A stretch of 63,646 bases of DNA, filler included, from Dimorphilus gyrociliatus (Eukaryota; Animalia; Annelida): the NCBI GenBank assembly GCA_904063045.1. It is 5 parts of 5 records of this genome, joined end to end, with 100 filler letters (N's around TTAATTAATTAA, not from the genome) between each part and the next. Parts side by side here need not be neighbours in the genome. Positions count along the whole stretch, not along the records: positions 48,826 to 56,435 come from CAJFCJ010000304.1; positions 56,536 to 63,646 come from CAJFCJ010000258.1; 3 more parts are not named here. One strand, given 5' to 3'. The notes beneath the pieces were generated by a model. That model had not been told where the DNA came from. It was given only the letters and a program-made list of their open reading frames with translations, and ran no database searches. Every line of letters begins with the position of its first letter. Position 1 is the first letter of the stretch. Both the position numbers and the translations under genes were made by a program. Positions 52,451 to 63,646 of the stretch are shown piece after piece.

Positions 52451-53011
52451 ATTGTGCGCTGGGTACGCACAATTCTATTATACATATATGCCGCAATGCA
52501 GGTACGCACATGAGCATATAAAATTCTTGCAAACAAATGCAACGAATTTAGCATTATCTATAGAACTACATTAGTCTTACTTTAATCACTTAAGAACATT
52601 TATTTAGCCGTCAGCTAAAGAGTATCAAAAGGTCAAACTAAACTATTGTTGACTTTTGGACCAGTTCCAATTTCTCACTTTCAATGGTTGAATTGAATGT
52701 TACCAAAATTGCTACATCTTACGAAAGAAGCTGACCATCTAAATTTATCTGACCTAATTACTCAGGATGAATGAAATCAAGTAAAGGTGGTTCTATTTGG
52801 ACAAGTACTTTGGCGTAATATTAAATGAGCGGTACGGACGAATACGTTTGGGACGAGAACGAAATTCCTACGATCACGATACAACAAAGTACATAAGGTA
52901 TGTATTGTATGCTGTATTTTTTTAGAATAAACATTCACATATCTGACATGAAACACATAGTCCTAAGTTGAACATTCAACTGCGGCTTATATAAACTTTT
53001 TATTATTATAA

Positions 53012-55090
53012 TTAGACAAATAGGCTAACTTCTTCAAGTTTTATTACAGTTTTCAGCCATAATGTTGTTATAATATCAGAATATCCAGAACATTTGTACA
53101 ATAGTTCAGTATCTTTTGTGAAATTTTTACTCTTTATTGGTAAATAATCGCATATTTTTCGTTTATTCGAATGAACAGTTTTAGTTACGATAAATATTTC
53201 ATTCCGTTCAAAATAGGCTCCATTTATTTTAACGTAGTACTTTTGCGTTGTTTTTGTAATGGGATCAATTATGTCCATTGAAAATGTAGAAGATTGTTTT
53301 GAACATGGAAATGAAGCTGAAAGGTAACAGTTTTGTTTAATTAGTAGATATTATAATATTTTAATCTTACGGTAAATGGTTAATACGCTTTTTGCTAGAA
53401 ATTCAATTTCACTAATTGTATGATTATGGTTAGATTTCAAAATTAACGAGTCTATTACAGTAACATTGAATGATACGCATATCGTTTGATCGGCGATAAA
53501 ATCACCATTTAAATCAAAATTAATTAATCTATCATTGAAAATATCCGAAAGTGATATCGAAAACCCATTTGTAAAGTTATTACCAGTATTAACTGTGTGG
53601 GTTATGTAAGAATAGAACCTTTTATTATATTAATCTAAGAAATTGCGTCTAAACCTGTTAAGCATAATAGATTTATGAAAATTGAATTTGTTTCAATTTT
53701 TAAAATATCATCTTGTAGTAAAAATTCACCAAAACTTGAATCGGTTGAATATATTCCATCGTTGAAAATATTATTTATAATAATAGAGTTTTTATAAATT
53801 TTCCTTATAGGATTTATATGTTCAAATAATTTTGCTGTTGTAAATCAATGTTATTATAACAAGTATATAAATAGATTACAATCAATAAAACTTACGATGA
53901 AAATTTAACATTGGATAACTTCGTCCAAAGACTGTAATTTCAGTTAATTCCATAGTTTCAATTGCTAATGGATCATTTAAATTTATTTGACTAATTACTA
54001 AATACGTTCCAGTGTATAAATTTTGACACCAAATTGGATGAGTTTGATATCTTGTTGTATAAATTGGAGTAAAGTTTTTATAGCAAAAATGGCCATTAGG
54101 ATTGAAAATAGTTTCAGGGATTATGCTAACGGAAATATACATATTTTTGAGTTTCTTTTTGATTTCTATAACGTAAACGTATTATATTCAATTAATTTAT
54201 AATTAAATAATTAAATTAACAAACGATCGTTAGCTCTAGGTAGGATAATGACACCAAAAATCTTTGTCATATTAACAAAATGAATTCTAAAGAAGGGTTG
54301 AAATCTTGCAAAACTGGAGACAAATCTTGTTGATAGGGAATTATCAATTGCGTTAGATTTACTAAGATCATTCAAATGTTGTCCTGTAAATATTTCTTCA
54401 TCTCTAATATCCATATACGTATATTCTATGAGCGATAGAAGTTTAATCTATTTATAATAAGTACTACTTGTTTATTTACTATTACCTCTTTTTTCATTAA
54501 ATTCACCATAAACTTTTACATCGCATAATGTTAATATCTCATCAAAAGAATTCAATTGAATAAATATAAATGATCCATTTGAATTAGAATTACAATTGAA
54601 GCATTCGTATTGGTCGGAATCAGCTGAAGTTGGTCTTTTTACCGTGTGCGAAACATCTACACACGTATTTCCATCTTGATAGGGAAAACTTCGAACAGAT
54701 ATTCTAAAGTTGACTAATCTTGAAGCTAAAATGTAATAGGTTATAGATAATATATATTCCATAGTTAATTAACATTATCTTACAAATGCTATTATCTATG
54801 CTGAGTAAGCATATTTTGTTAACAGTATAAATATCTCCTAAATCAACTGACCACCAAGATTGTACCAGTGGACTTTTAGTTGTTTGAGAGCATTCTTTTT
54901 CACTCTAGACAAACAAACAAACAATATTCTATTATATTTAACTTATTACTTTAACATTATTTAAAAAATTTACATATCTAGTCGAAATATTCCCATCGAT
55001 AGCCTTAAAAGCCCTTTGAGAATTTGTACCAGATTGATAAGCTGGATGATTTCTCACAAGATTACCGCTTTCCGGCGCTAAAGCTCCTTA
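53012..55090 (-). CDS. Multi-exon tandem fucolectin (FTP)-domain protein, same family type as 1-2092; more 5' exons are possible
   Basis: NLVRNHPAYQSGTNSQRAFKAIDGN (~54975-55090), SQTT...WWSVDLGDIY, LTLCDVKVYG, AIDNSLST...PFFRIHF and MELTEITVFG. Confidence 0.7.
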
Positions 55091-56535
55091 ATATAGTATG
55101 ATATATGTATAAAAGGCTTTGTAAAGTTTTTAAATTTCTTATTTAATTCGTAAAATACTAACCAATCTTTAAGAATAGACTGAAAAGTAGGATTATCTTC
55201 ATAAAACCATGGCCTGATTGCAGCATTTTAGCTTTTAAAGTTGATATTTTGCAATTGAGGAAAACGAAGCTTTAATAGTTTGGTACATAGAAGAAAAATG
55301 ATAGTTTCGATGAAGATACAATAGATTTATTGACATAGGTTACATGCGTTTATGCGTAGCTTTCTCATGCAAAGTTGTGATACAATAGGCTTCTTATAAT
55401 AATTGTTACAAACATTTAACCATCATTGATAGTTCCTAACATCAATCTCTCTTATACAGTACTGTTTTCGCGAAATATTAACTTTTACCAAAGGGAATTT
55501 TATACAATAGAATTTACTTAGTTTAAATGTACAGTATCTTTCCTTTACAGTATTATTATTTGTACAGTTATTCGATCTCATGCATATTTGATTATATAAA
55601 TCAACTTTTCACGGATAACCCTGTCAAAGACAATTGGATATTTTGTCAATAAATCAATAGATACTATTATAACCGAGCTTCTTTTATACAATGAACCTTA
55701 TTCGACTAGTATCTTTTCCAATCATCAACCGTGAATATTTGTACTTAAAACAGTTACTATCTCTAATTATTCAGTATCTTTTTACTAGGTATTCTTAGAA
55801 TAATGCTTACAAGAAAATAGTAGATAGTATTTTTCACATATCGAAGACTGTTAATAATTAATAGCAACAAGTACTAATCGTTCATTGTAAATATATCTTG
55901 GAAAATCAAAAATCGTAAAATATATTAATTTATTAATAAATTTAATAAAATCTTCATAGAAAAGTAGAAAAAAAATCGTATTTCTCTAAAAAAACGATTA
56001 ACCAGTTTCTAGAAGCTAAAAATAAATATAATCTATTTTTTTCATATATGAATATGAATACGTTCTTCAATTCTGAAGAAATTAGTAAAACTTCTCTTTC
56101 ATATAAAAGACGAATATGGCTTCAAATCGTTTAATCATTATAGTCATTAAAACGATTTCTTATTATACTGTATTATTGAATTAAGATATTTTTAATTTGT
56201 GACCATTTCAATTTTCCATATTTCATGTATTGAATTGTTGACATCAAATAGAGAAATTGATATATTAATTTTCAACTAGAGATTTTATTTCATTAAATAG
56301 ATATCACCTTTTTTTTCAATAAAATAGACAGAAAAATATTATAGATACTTATCAAAATTGTACTTTTTTAACATATCTATTTTGTAAAAAGAGAATTATT
56401 TATAAATTAATGAAATTGAAACAACAATCTTAAGANNNNNNNNNNNNNNNNNNNNNNNNNNNNNNNNNNNNNNNNNNNNTTAATTAATTAANNNNNNNNN
56501 NNNNNNNNNNNNNNNNNNNNNNNNNNNNNNNNNNN

Positions 56536-57082
56536 CTTCTTTTCTAAGTCCTTTTAAACCTTGATTTATATCAAACATAATAAAGAATAAAACATCACCA
56601 AAAATAACTTTAGTAGGTACCAAATGTTCAGAATTAAAGTTTATAGTATAATTACTCAATTTTTTAGTCTTATTTACATCCATACCTTCCAAACTTGGTG
56701 GAAATTCAACTTCACTTTCTCTCTTGTATTCACTGTTATTCTTTTCTTTCTTATTTGAATTCTTAATACGTGTTTTTATATTCTCGTAGTAGCTTTCCAA
56801 CAGATTTACATCATCGAATGGTATTTTTAATACATTTCTTTTATCGCTCATCCATTTTAATCTCAATGCATTCTCTTTTATTCGTACTTCTAACCTCTCA
56901 AAATAGACGACATCTTTAATTTCTAATCTGTCGTTTACCAAAGATAACCCATTTTCAAAGAATGTAACATACGAATGTAATTGTTTCTTATTCCAAGTAA
57001 CTAAAGCTTTGTGGTAGAATAACAAATTCCCTAATATTTTTAGCTTTTTATTATTTTCTATGAATTTCTTAAAAGTTGACAT
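56536..57082 (-). CDS. Hypothetical intronless protein, 3'-truncated by the contig edge
   Basis: Open frame of at least 182 codons in very AT-rich DNA; no recognisable family motif. Confidence 0.6.
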
Positions 57083-57298
57083 TTTTTAAAAAAGTTAGCT
57101 GTTTATTTTGAGTGGTTGAAATTTAAAACTAGTTTTGTTTATAACGAATAAAAAGGATAGAATTCCCCAATTATTTTAATAGGACATTTTACAAAAAAGT
57201 AGTATATTTTAATTTCTTTTATTAAAATTGTCTATTTTTATTCTTTTCAATATCTCTTGGTGTATAAATAGTCTAAAAACTATAATTTCTGTTAATCT

Positions 57299-58249
57299 CT
57301 ACTCTCTTAGTACAATTTCACAATCTGCTATTTCAGAGCTAACTTCAGAAATAATAGGCTCTTTTTCATTTACTAATTCTTTATTATTAAGTTGACAAAT
57401 CTCAACTATTGTAATACCATATAATAACAGAATAGATGCAAAACTTAACCTATCAATTATAAATTCACCAATTTTTGACATCTCTGGTATTATTACAATA
57501 AATCTAATATACTTGAAGAACCCGGATAGTACCAAAAGACCTATTATTAGGTTTAGATTAAAAAAGTGTCTAGTTTTGATACTTCCTGGAAGTCTTACCA
57601 AAAACGCAAAGATAAACAAAGCACATATAAAATACTCAATTCCATAAGCAGACAACCTTATTAAATAACGCTCATCAGGTTTATAAAGATCTAACGCAAT
57701 AGAAAAAGGAATTCTAAAAAAAGCGTAAAACATAGAAAACTTACTCAGTTTAGCCTTTAAGAAACTTTTGTTGATCTGGTCTTTTTCATAATTACTTAAT
57801 AATACGTACTTAATATCTTTATAAACATTATTTGTGATTAAGTTAGAAGCTCTCTGATAAAAAATGCCAACCAAAAGGTAAATACTTGATATTCTAAGTG
57901 TATTAGAAATAGAATGTATTATATTTAATACTTGAATAATATCAATTCTATAATCTTCTATCCTATAAAAAACTCTAGCGTTTAGGTTACCATATTTCTC
58001 AAACTCATACTTATCAACAATAAAGTTATCATTGAGTAGAATTAGTATAACATTAACTAGAATAGAAAATATAATAGAAATTAAAACAAATAGAACACCT
58101 ATAGATCTTGTATCACCGGTTATAAATTTTCTTATAGCTGTATTTGAGTTAAATATATAGTATAGACTGAAAAAGAAGAGGAAAACGAGATATAATGAAT
58201 CTTCTAACATTTGTACTATTTCTGTAGAAGTATTTGAAATTGGATCCAT
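57299..58249 (-). CDS. Intronless multi-pass membrane protein of unknown family
   Basis: 316-aa ORF with about 7-8 hydrophobic segments; no GPCR motifs recognised. Confidence 0.7.
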   Translation of the reverse strand: MDPISNTSTEIVQMLEDSLYLVFLFFFSLYYIFNSNTAIRKFITGDTRSIGVLFVLISIIFSILVNVILILLNDNFIVDKYEFEKYGNLNARVFYRIEDYRIDIIQVLNIIHSISNTLRISSIYLLVGIFYQRASNLITNNVYKDIKYVLLSNYEKDQINKSFLKAKLSKFSMFYAFFRIPFSIALDLYKPDERYLIRLSAYGIEYFICALFIFAFLVRLPGSIKTRHFFNLNLIIGLLVLSGFFKYIRFIVIIPEMSKIGEFIIDRLSFASILLLYGITIVEICQLNNKELVNEKEPIISEVSSEIADCEIVLRE

Positions 58250-58765
58250 TGATTTCTACAGAGATGTAACCTTTTTAATGGAGAATGAAACAGTTATTGT
58301 ATAGGAATGTTTCAGGTTAGCTGTGTTTTAATTATAGAAATTATAATTTCCTTTCTAATATAAAAATAACATTCCTCTTTTAGAAATAAAAAAAACCGAT
58401 CAAAATGTTTTGATATAAAAAAATTTTAAAAAAAAAATTGATAGATAATCTAATAAAAAACAAGCATGTTAAAATTTTTTTATATTAATTTACTATAAAT
58501 AAACAATAAATTTTTTATATTTAAATTTCTATAAATAAATAAATAAAATCCCATAAGAAAAGATATAGAATAAATTTTTTATAGTAAATTAATATAAAAA
58601 ATAAATAAATAAAAATGTATAAATAAATAATTATGTTGAAATTTTTTATATTTAAATTTCTATAAAAAATAGTTATTTAGGTTATTAAAATTTTTATATT
58701 AATTTACTATAAATAAATATTACTAAATATGTATATTATATAAAAGATATGATAAACACCCATCA

Positions 58766-59974
58766 ATGATGTTTTTTAATTTTCTAATATTTTTAAAAAT
58801 TTCAATAGAAACCAATCCTAAATCAAATCAATTAATAAATAAAGAAGTAATAAATAAAGAAACCAATCCTAAATCAAATCAATCAGTAGATAATAAATCA
58901 ATAAGTAAAGAAGTAATAAGTAAAGAATTAATAGATAATAAATCAATAAATAAAGAATTATATATAAAATACAACTTAGAAAGAATTTCAAATCTAAATT
59001 TAATAAAATTAAATATTTCAAAATCTAAATTTAATATAAATTTTATATTAAATATAATTATTAATAATAAACAACCTAAAGAATTAATTTTAAGTAATTA
59101 TTTATTAAATAATACATTTTTTAATTTAATTAATAAATTAAATAAAATAGAATATTTAAGTTTATCAAATTGTAAGATAAAAGAAGGATTTAATTTGAAT
59201 AGACTAAATCAATTAAAAAGATTAGATTTAAGTTTTATTAAAAATTTAAAAATAAAAGATATTAATTCATTAAAATTAAATAATTTAATAGAATTAGACT
59301 TAACAGGTTATACAGATTATAGTGATAATGATACTAATTTAGAATCTATAGAAGATAATACAGATAATACAAATAATATATATAATACAGATAATACAAA
59401 TATAAATGATACAGATATAGATAATATAAATATAAATATTGGTATACAATTGAATAGTTTAGTAAAATTAGATTTATCTTGTAATAAATTAAATTCTATT
59501 GATTTTATTTTTAATTTGAAAAATCTAAAAGATATAAGTTTTTATAATTGCCATTTAGAGAAAGTATTAATTAATAAATTAAAATATTTAAAAAATATAG
59601 AAAAATTGAATTTAGGTTCAAATGAAATTTCAAATTTAGATTTTTTAAAAAATTTGGAGCATTTAGAGGAATTGAACTTGTCTTTTAATTATTTAAAAGA
59701 TTTAAAAAATTTAGAAAATTTAAAAAAATTAAAAATATTAAAAAAATTAAATTTAGAAGGAAATAGAAATTTAAATAATTTATGTTTTATTACAATTTCT
59801 AATATAAATTCAATAGAAGAATTAAATTTTAAAATGTGTAATTTAGAAGAGAATTTAATACAGAATTTAAAAAAATTACAAAATTTAAAAAAAATTAATT
59901 TAAGAAGAAATAAAAAAATAAAAGAAGAAGAAATAAATATATTAAGAGAGATGAGAGTAGAAATAATTATTTAA
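58766..59974 (+). CDS. Secreted-type low-complexity leucine-rich repeat protein
   Basis: Hydrophobic N-terminus and about 11 LxxLxLSxN repeats. It has an internal ETNPKSNQ duplication and a D/N/T-rich insert, and is intronless. Confidence 0.85.
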   Translation: MMFFNFLIFLKISIETNPKSNQLINKEVINKETNPKSNQSVDNKSISKEVISKELIDNKSINKELYIKYNLERISNLNLIKLNISKSKFNINFILNIIINNKQPKELILSNYLLNNTFFNLINKLNKIEYLSLSNCKIKEGFNLNRLNQLKRLDLSFIKNLKIKDINSLKLNNLIELDLTGYTDYSDNDTNLESIEDNTDNTNNIYNTDNTNINDTDIDNININIGIQLNSLVKLDLSCNKLNSIDFIFNLKNLKDISFYNCHLEKVLINKLKYLKNIEKLNLGSNEISNLDFLKNLEHLEELNLSFNYLKDLKNLENLKKLKILKKLNLEGNRNLNNLCFITISNINSIEELNFKMCNLEENLIQNLKKLQNLKKINLRRNKKIKEEEINILREMRVEIII

Positions 59975-60299
59975 AATTAATATAAATATATTCATATGAT
60001 TAAAATTTATTATATCAATAAAATTGTTAAGTTATTATATTATGATAATTCAAGTATTTTTAATAATTTAAATATCTTGTTTTTATTTATAGAGTTCAAA
60101 TTAATAAATTCTTGTTCTTTTATATTCTTATTGATTATTTTATATTCTTCTTATTTAAAAGTATATTATTTTTTATTATTAAATAATTTCTAGTAAAATT
60201 CACTTTTCTTAAGAAATTTTATTTAGTGATAAAACTTATTTCTAAAAATGATTATAACAAAAATAGTTAATTATTGACAAATTAAACGTTATTTTAATA

Positions 60300-60430
60300 T
60301 TATTTAGAATATTAGAATTTATTAGAATTTTAATATTATTTAGAATATATGAATTTATTAGAATTTATAATTATTTATGAATATAAGAGTTTATTAGAAT
60401 TTATAATTTTTTATGAATATAAGAGTTTAT
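60300..60430. repeat. AT-rich minisatellite (~35-bp units)
   Basis: Recurring ttattagaatttataatt...atgaatataagagt units. Confidence 0.65.
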
Positions 60431-60585
60431 TTTAAAGTAGATCTAATTTTTATTGAAATAGATCTATTAGTTGTGTTTTATAAGAATATATTTATTTTAC
60501 ATAATATTCATTTTTAGGAATATTCCTTTAAAGTAATTTCTAAAATCATAAATGTTTTTATAAAATGGAAAAAAATGATTCCCTT

Positions 60586-63217
60586 ATGTTTTCACTTTTA
60601 AATACTATAGCTAAATTAATTAGTTCTATAGCTTTAGTATCTTTTTTACTATTATCTGTTCCTGTTAATACAAGGATTGTAAGATATCCTGAGTTGTTTG
60701 CTGAATTTGAAGAAACCAGTCCAAGACAACGACAAGGCTTTTTTGGATTCTTTGGAGGAAATTGGAATGAAGAAAGAGAAACACCTCAAAACAGATTTAT
60801 ATATAAGTCTTGTAATGTTAATTCGGTGTCACTTGGTGAGTTCTTTATTGATGAATTGAAATTAGAATATGAAAATCCAAATGGAGGAAATGCTAATATT
60901 TCTGAGTTGAAATTTATGGGACCTATTCCACCATTTGCTCGTGTTATGAAATATGAATTATGGTTAGATGATAAACATTATAAATCAGTAACATGTTTAA
61001 AGACTTTTGGTGAAGAAGTATATGAAAATGCAAAAGATAATGAAACTTCTGGAAAGGCAACAGTTGACAATGACGTGTTCTCATTCTCTTTAAAACCTAC
61101 AAAAAGTGTAAGAAATGCTAAGAAAGTTAAAATTAATTTAACATGGCAACAAAAAACTGAAGTATTCACTAGTATGGTTGGTAATTCAGAAAGACGTTAC
61201 ATATTCCCTAGAAGCTCATATTTTAAATATGGTATAAAAGACAGATCTAATTCAAATTGGACTAAAAATGAATACGGACTTTGTGATTTTGATTTTGAAA
61301 TAGACTTTTCACATGTAAAAGATTGGGAAGTAGACTATGATGAGAAAGAATTTAAAAAAGAAGAATTTAAATACATGATAGAGAAGTCTGAAAAAGATGA
61401 TGATATTGTATTTAGTCTTAAAATGGAAGAAGAGCCTAGAGTTTCTGTATCTAAATTTGCTATTGATGACATCAACGTTTATAGATTAATCACTTCACCA
61501 ACTAAAGATGTTATAAGAAATTCAGTAGAGACTAAAAGAGAAATTGTACTTGTGGTAGATAAATCTTATTCTATGGAATTTACTAATAGCAGTACAAAAC
61601 CATACGAAATAGTTGCAAAAGCTGTTGATGTTTTTATGAGTACAGTTTCAAATTTAGATGTTTATGTTAATATTGTATTCTTTAGTCATAAAACAGATGT
61701 TTTAATGGGAAGAAGTACTAAAATTAATGGAGACAATATTCAAAAGTATAAAAGAGATGCAAATGAGAAAGTTATACCTGATGGAGGAACTGATATACTT
61801 AAAGCGCTACGAAAAGCAGTAGATTGTATCGGAAAAACAGGAGAAGATGATATAGAAAAGAGTATTGTTTTATTGACAGACGGAGGAGATGGTAATCTAA
61901 AACAGATTAAAGAATTTGTATCTAAAGAAGTAAAGAACGAAATTAGATTCTATTCCATTGGAATTGGAGGTTGTGTTTCTATTGATACTATAAAAGCAGT
62001 AGCTGATTTAGGAAACGGATCCTACGACTTGGTAAGAGAAGTAAAAGACGTAGGAGATTGCTTAAGTAATGTTCTAGAAAAAACAGGAGGAAAGAAAATT
62101 TCATATGAATATGATTCATTAAAAACTGAAGAAGAAGGAATTATAAATTATATTAACAAAGGAGCTATAAAAATGAATACCGAGGTTGTCCAAGTACCTT
62201 CAAGGAAAAGTGTATCTAAGATATTTACTAATGAGAGAAGAGTTCTGTATTTGGTTACAAAGAAACAATTAGATGGTATTACTATTCAATTAGAAGAAAA
62301 ATATAATATACCTGTAGAAGAAATTGAAGTTTTCGATGGTCAAGTAAAAGATGCCTTGAGAAGAGAATTCTTCCATTCTGTTGATGAGGAGTTCTTTTAC
62401 AATTTTCTGAAATGATTGATGAACGTATCAAAGGATATCCTGGTTTTATTGAGAGAAGAGATGAAGGAACACTTACTGTAGATGAAATGCTACAAATGTT
62501 CTCAAGGACAGACGATTTCTGGAAAGTCTACAGAAACAAAATTCATATGAATATCAATGAAATTTACAAACTGGTGATACAATAATGATGATTGGAGATG
62601 GTCTAGCCGATAAAGATAAATGGGAGGATTACGACAACCAAAAACTTGCTAAGCAATATACAAAAACTTATATTCATTGGAAAGATGAATATTCTAGGCA
62701 TCCATTTTATATGTCAATGGGAGGATTAAGATCTTTAGGTTATCCAGCTTTTGCATATCTACAGGCTGATAGTTGTGCAGAACTTGATTGTGTGGATGGA
62801 CCCTCGGTAGCTGCTGATAGTTGTAGTAGCAGAGTTATGAGTAAGAGTGCTAGAGCTGCATCCACTCCTGTCAAAGAAAATAAGCAGACTTCAGAGAAAC
62901 AAGAAAAAACTACCAAAAAATCAGAAAATATTCTATCAGAACTCACAGAAATATTTGAACAATCAAATCAAAAATCTTTAGAATACATAGCACTCGTATT
63001 AACGAACTATTAGAAATAAATGGAATAAATTCACCTATTAATGATGAATTCATAAAGAAAGTTTATGAATTAGCAAAAGAACAAGGAATTAGTTTAAGAG
63101 GAGAAAGTTTAAGCTTTTTGCTCTTATTCAATAGTCACTGAAATTTTGGGTGTTAGCAGCAAAGAGAGTTCTATTTTCGTGGACTACCAAAGAGCTGCTT
63201 TAAAGAGGAGCATTTAA
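60586..63217 (+). CDS. VIT-vWA (VWA5A/BCSC-1-like) protein; intact to 62415, then four frame breaks if it is one gene
   Basis: VIT-like YEN...FMGPIPPFARV...Y; MIDAS VVDKSYS; GGTDILKAL; VLLTDG; FYSIGIG. Downstream open frames 62388-62585, 62561-63013, 62959-63141 and 63113-63217 overlap end to end. The likely start is 60586, after CCC; an upstream in-frame ATG lies at 60565. Confidence 0.8.
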
Positions 63218-63646
63218 TTAAAATGATTTAATTTTTTAAACCTAAAAAAACATATTTTTCTATTTAAAACAGTAATTTAAACTAAAAACTGTTTTATATG
63301 TTAATAAGTGAATTATAGGTAAAAAACACTTTATTAAATTCTATATAAACTTACAATAATTTTTATTTATTTTAGACTTTAAATTAATATGAAATTATTC
63401 TTTAGTCAATAACTTCGCTTTTTTTTATAAGTTTGATATAATACTAACTAAAAATCTAGAATTTAATTTGTTTTTTATTGTTAAAAAATTATAATTTAAA
63501 AAAGATAATTTTATAAAAATTCAATAATCAAGTATTAACTTAATTAAATGAATTCATCTATCAAGAAGTAAATAAATAAATATCTAACCAAAAAGATTTA
63601 CAATGACTATTTTTCATATATAAGAGGATTTAAAGTATGTGTGAAC

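Noticed and set aside
62412-62587. ATGA/TAATG overlaps read as a prokaryote-style coupled operon
   Set aside because: There are no Shine-Dalgarno-like sites, and the pieces join into one plausible VWA5A-like protein with single-base indels. Kept only as a low-probability alternative in the findings.

Overview
This window is eukaryotic, about 30% GC, and consists of five contigs joined by artificial 100-bp linkers (N44-TTAATTAATTAA-N44): 1-23960, 24061-42698, 42799-48725, 48826-56435 and 56536-63646. Contigs 1-4 look like a compact invertebrate genome, with GT-AG introns of about 50-70 bp and TTAGGG-type repeats. The gene content (fucolectin/F5-8C lectins, a peritrophin, three GRL101-like GPCR loci, a VWA-Cache protein, a claudin-like gene) suggests a spiralian, by inference only. 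The mobile elements are the most interesting part. (i) A Ty3/gypsy fragment has its integrase tail fused in frame to a class III (gB/chuvirus-G-like) envelope, with an unexplained ~200-aa insert and PSAP + YPxL motifs in the cytoplasmic tail. (ii) A Penelope-like RT is preceded by a minimal hammerhead ribozyme. (iii) There are two intron-containing FLYWCH-MULE (Phantom-like) transposons and several TTAGGG-carrying MITEs, one with a perfect 9-bp TSD and one with a degenerate one. (iv) An unrelated long-TIR element carries the same zinc-finger exons as one of the MULEs. TE and pseudogene domains are almost devoid of CpG, while two host-gene domains retain it. Contig 5 is different: intronless genes, a secreted low-complexity LRR, a VIT-vWA gene and CCC motifs before start codons. 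It may come from a microsporidian-like co-sequenced parasite. All homology calls come from motif recognition by eye; no searches were run.
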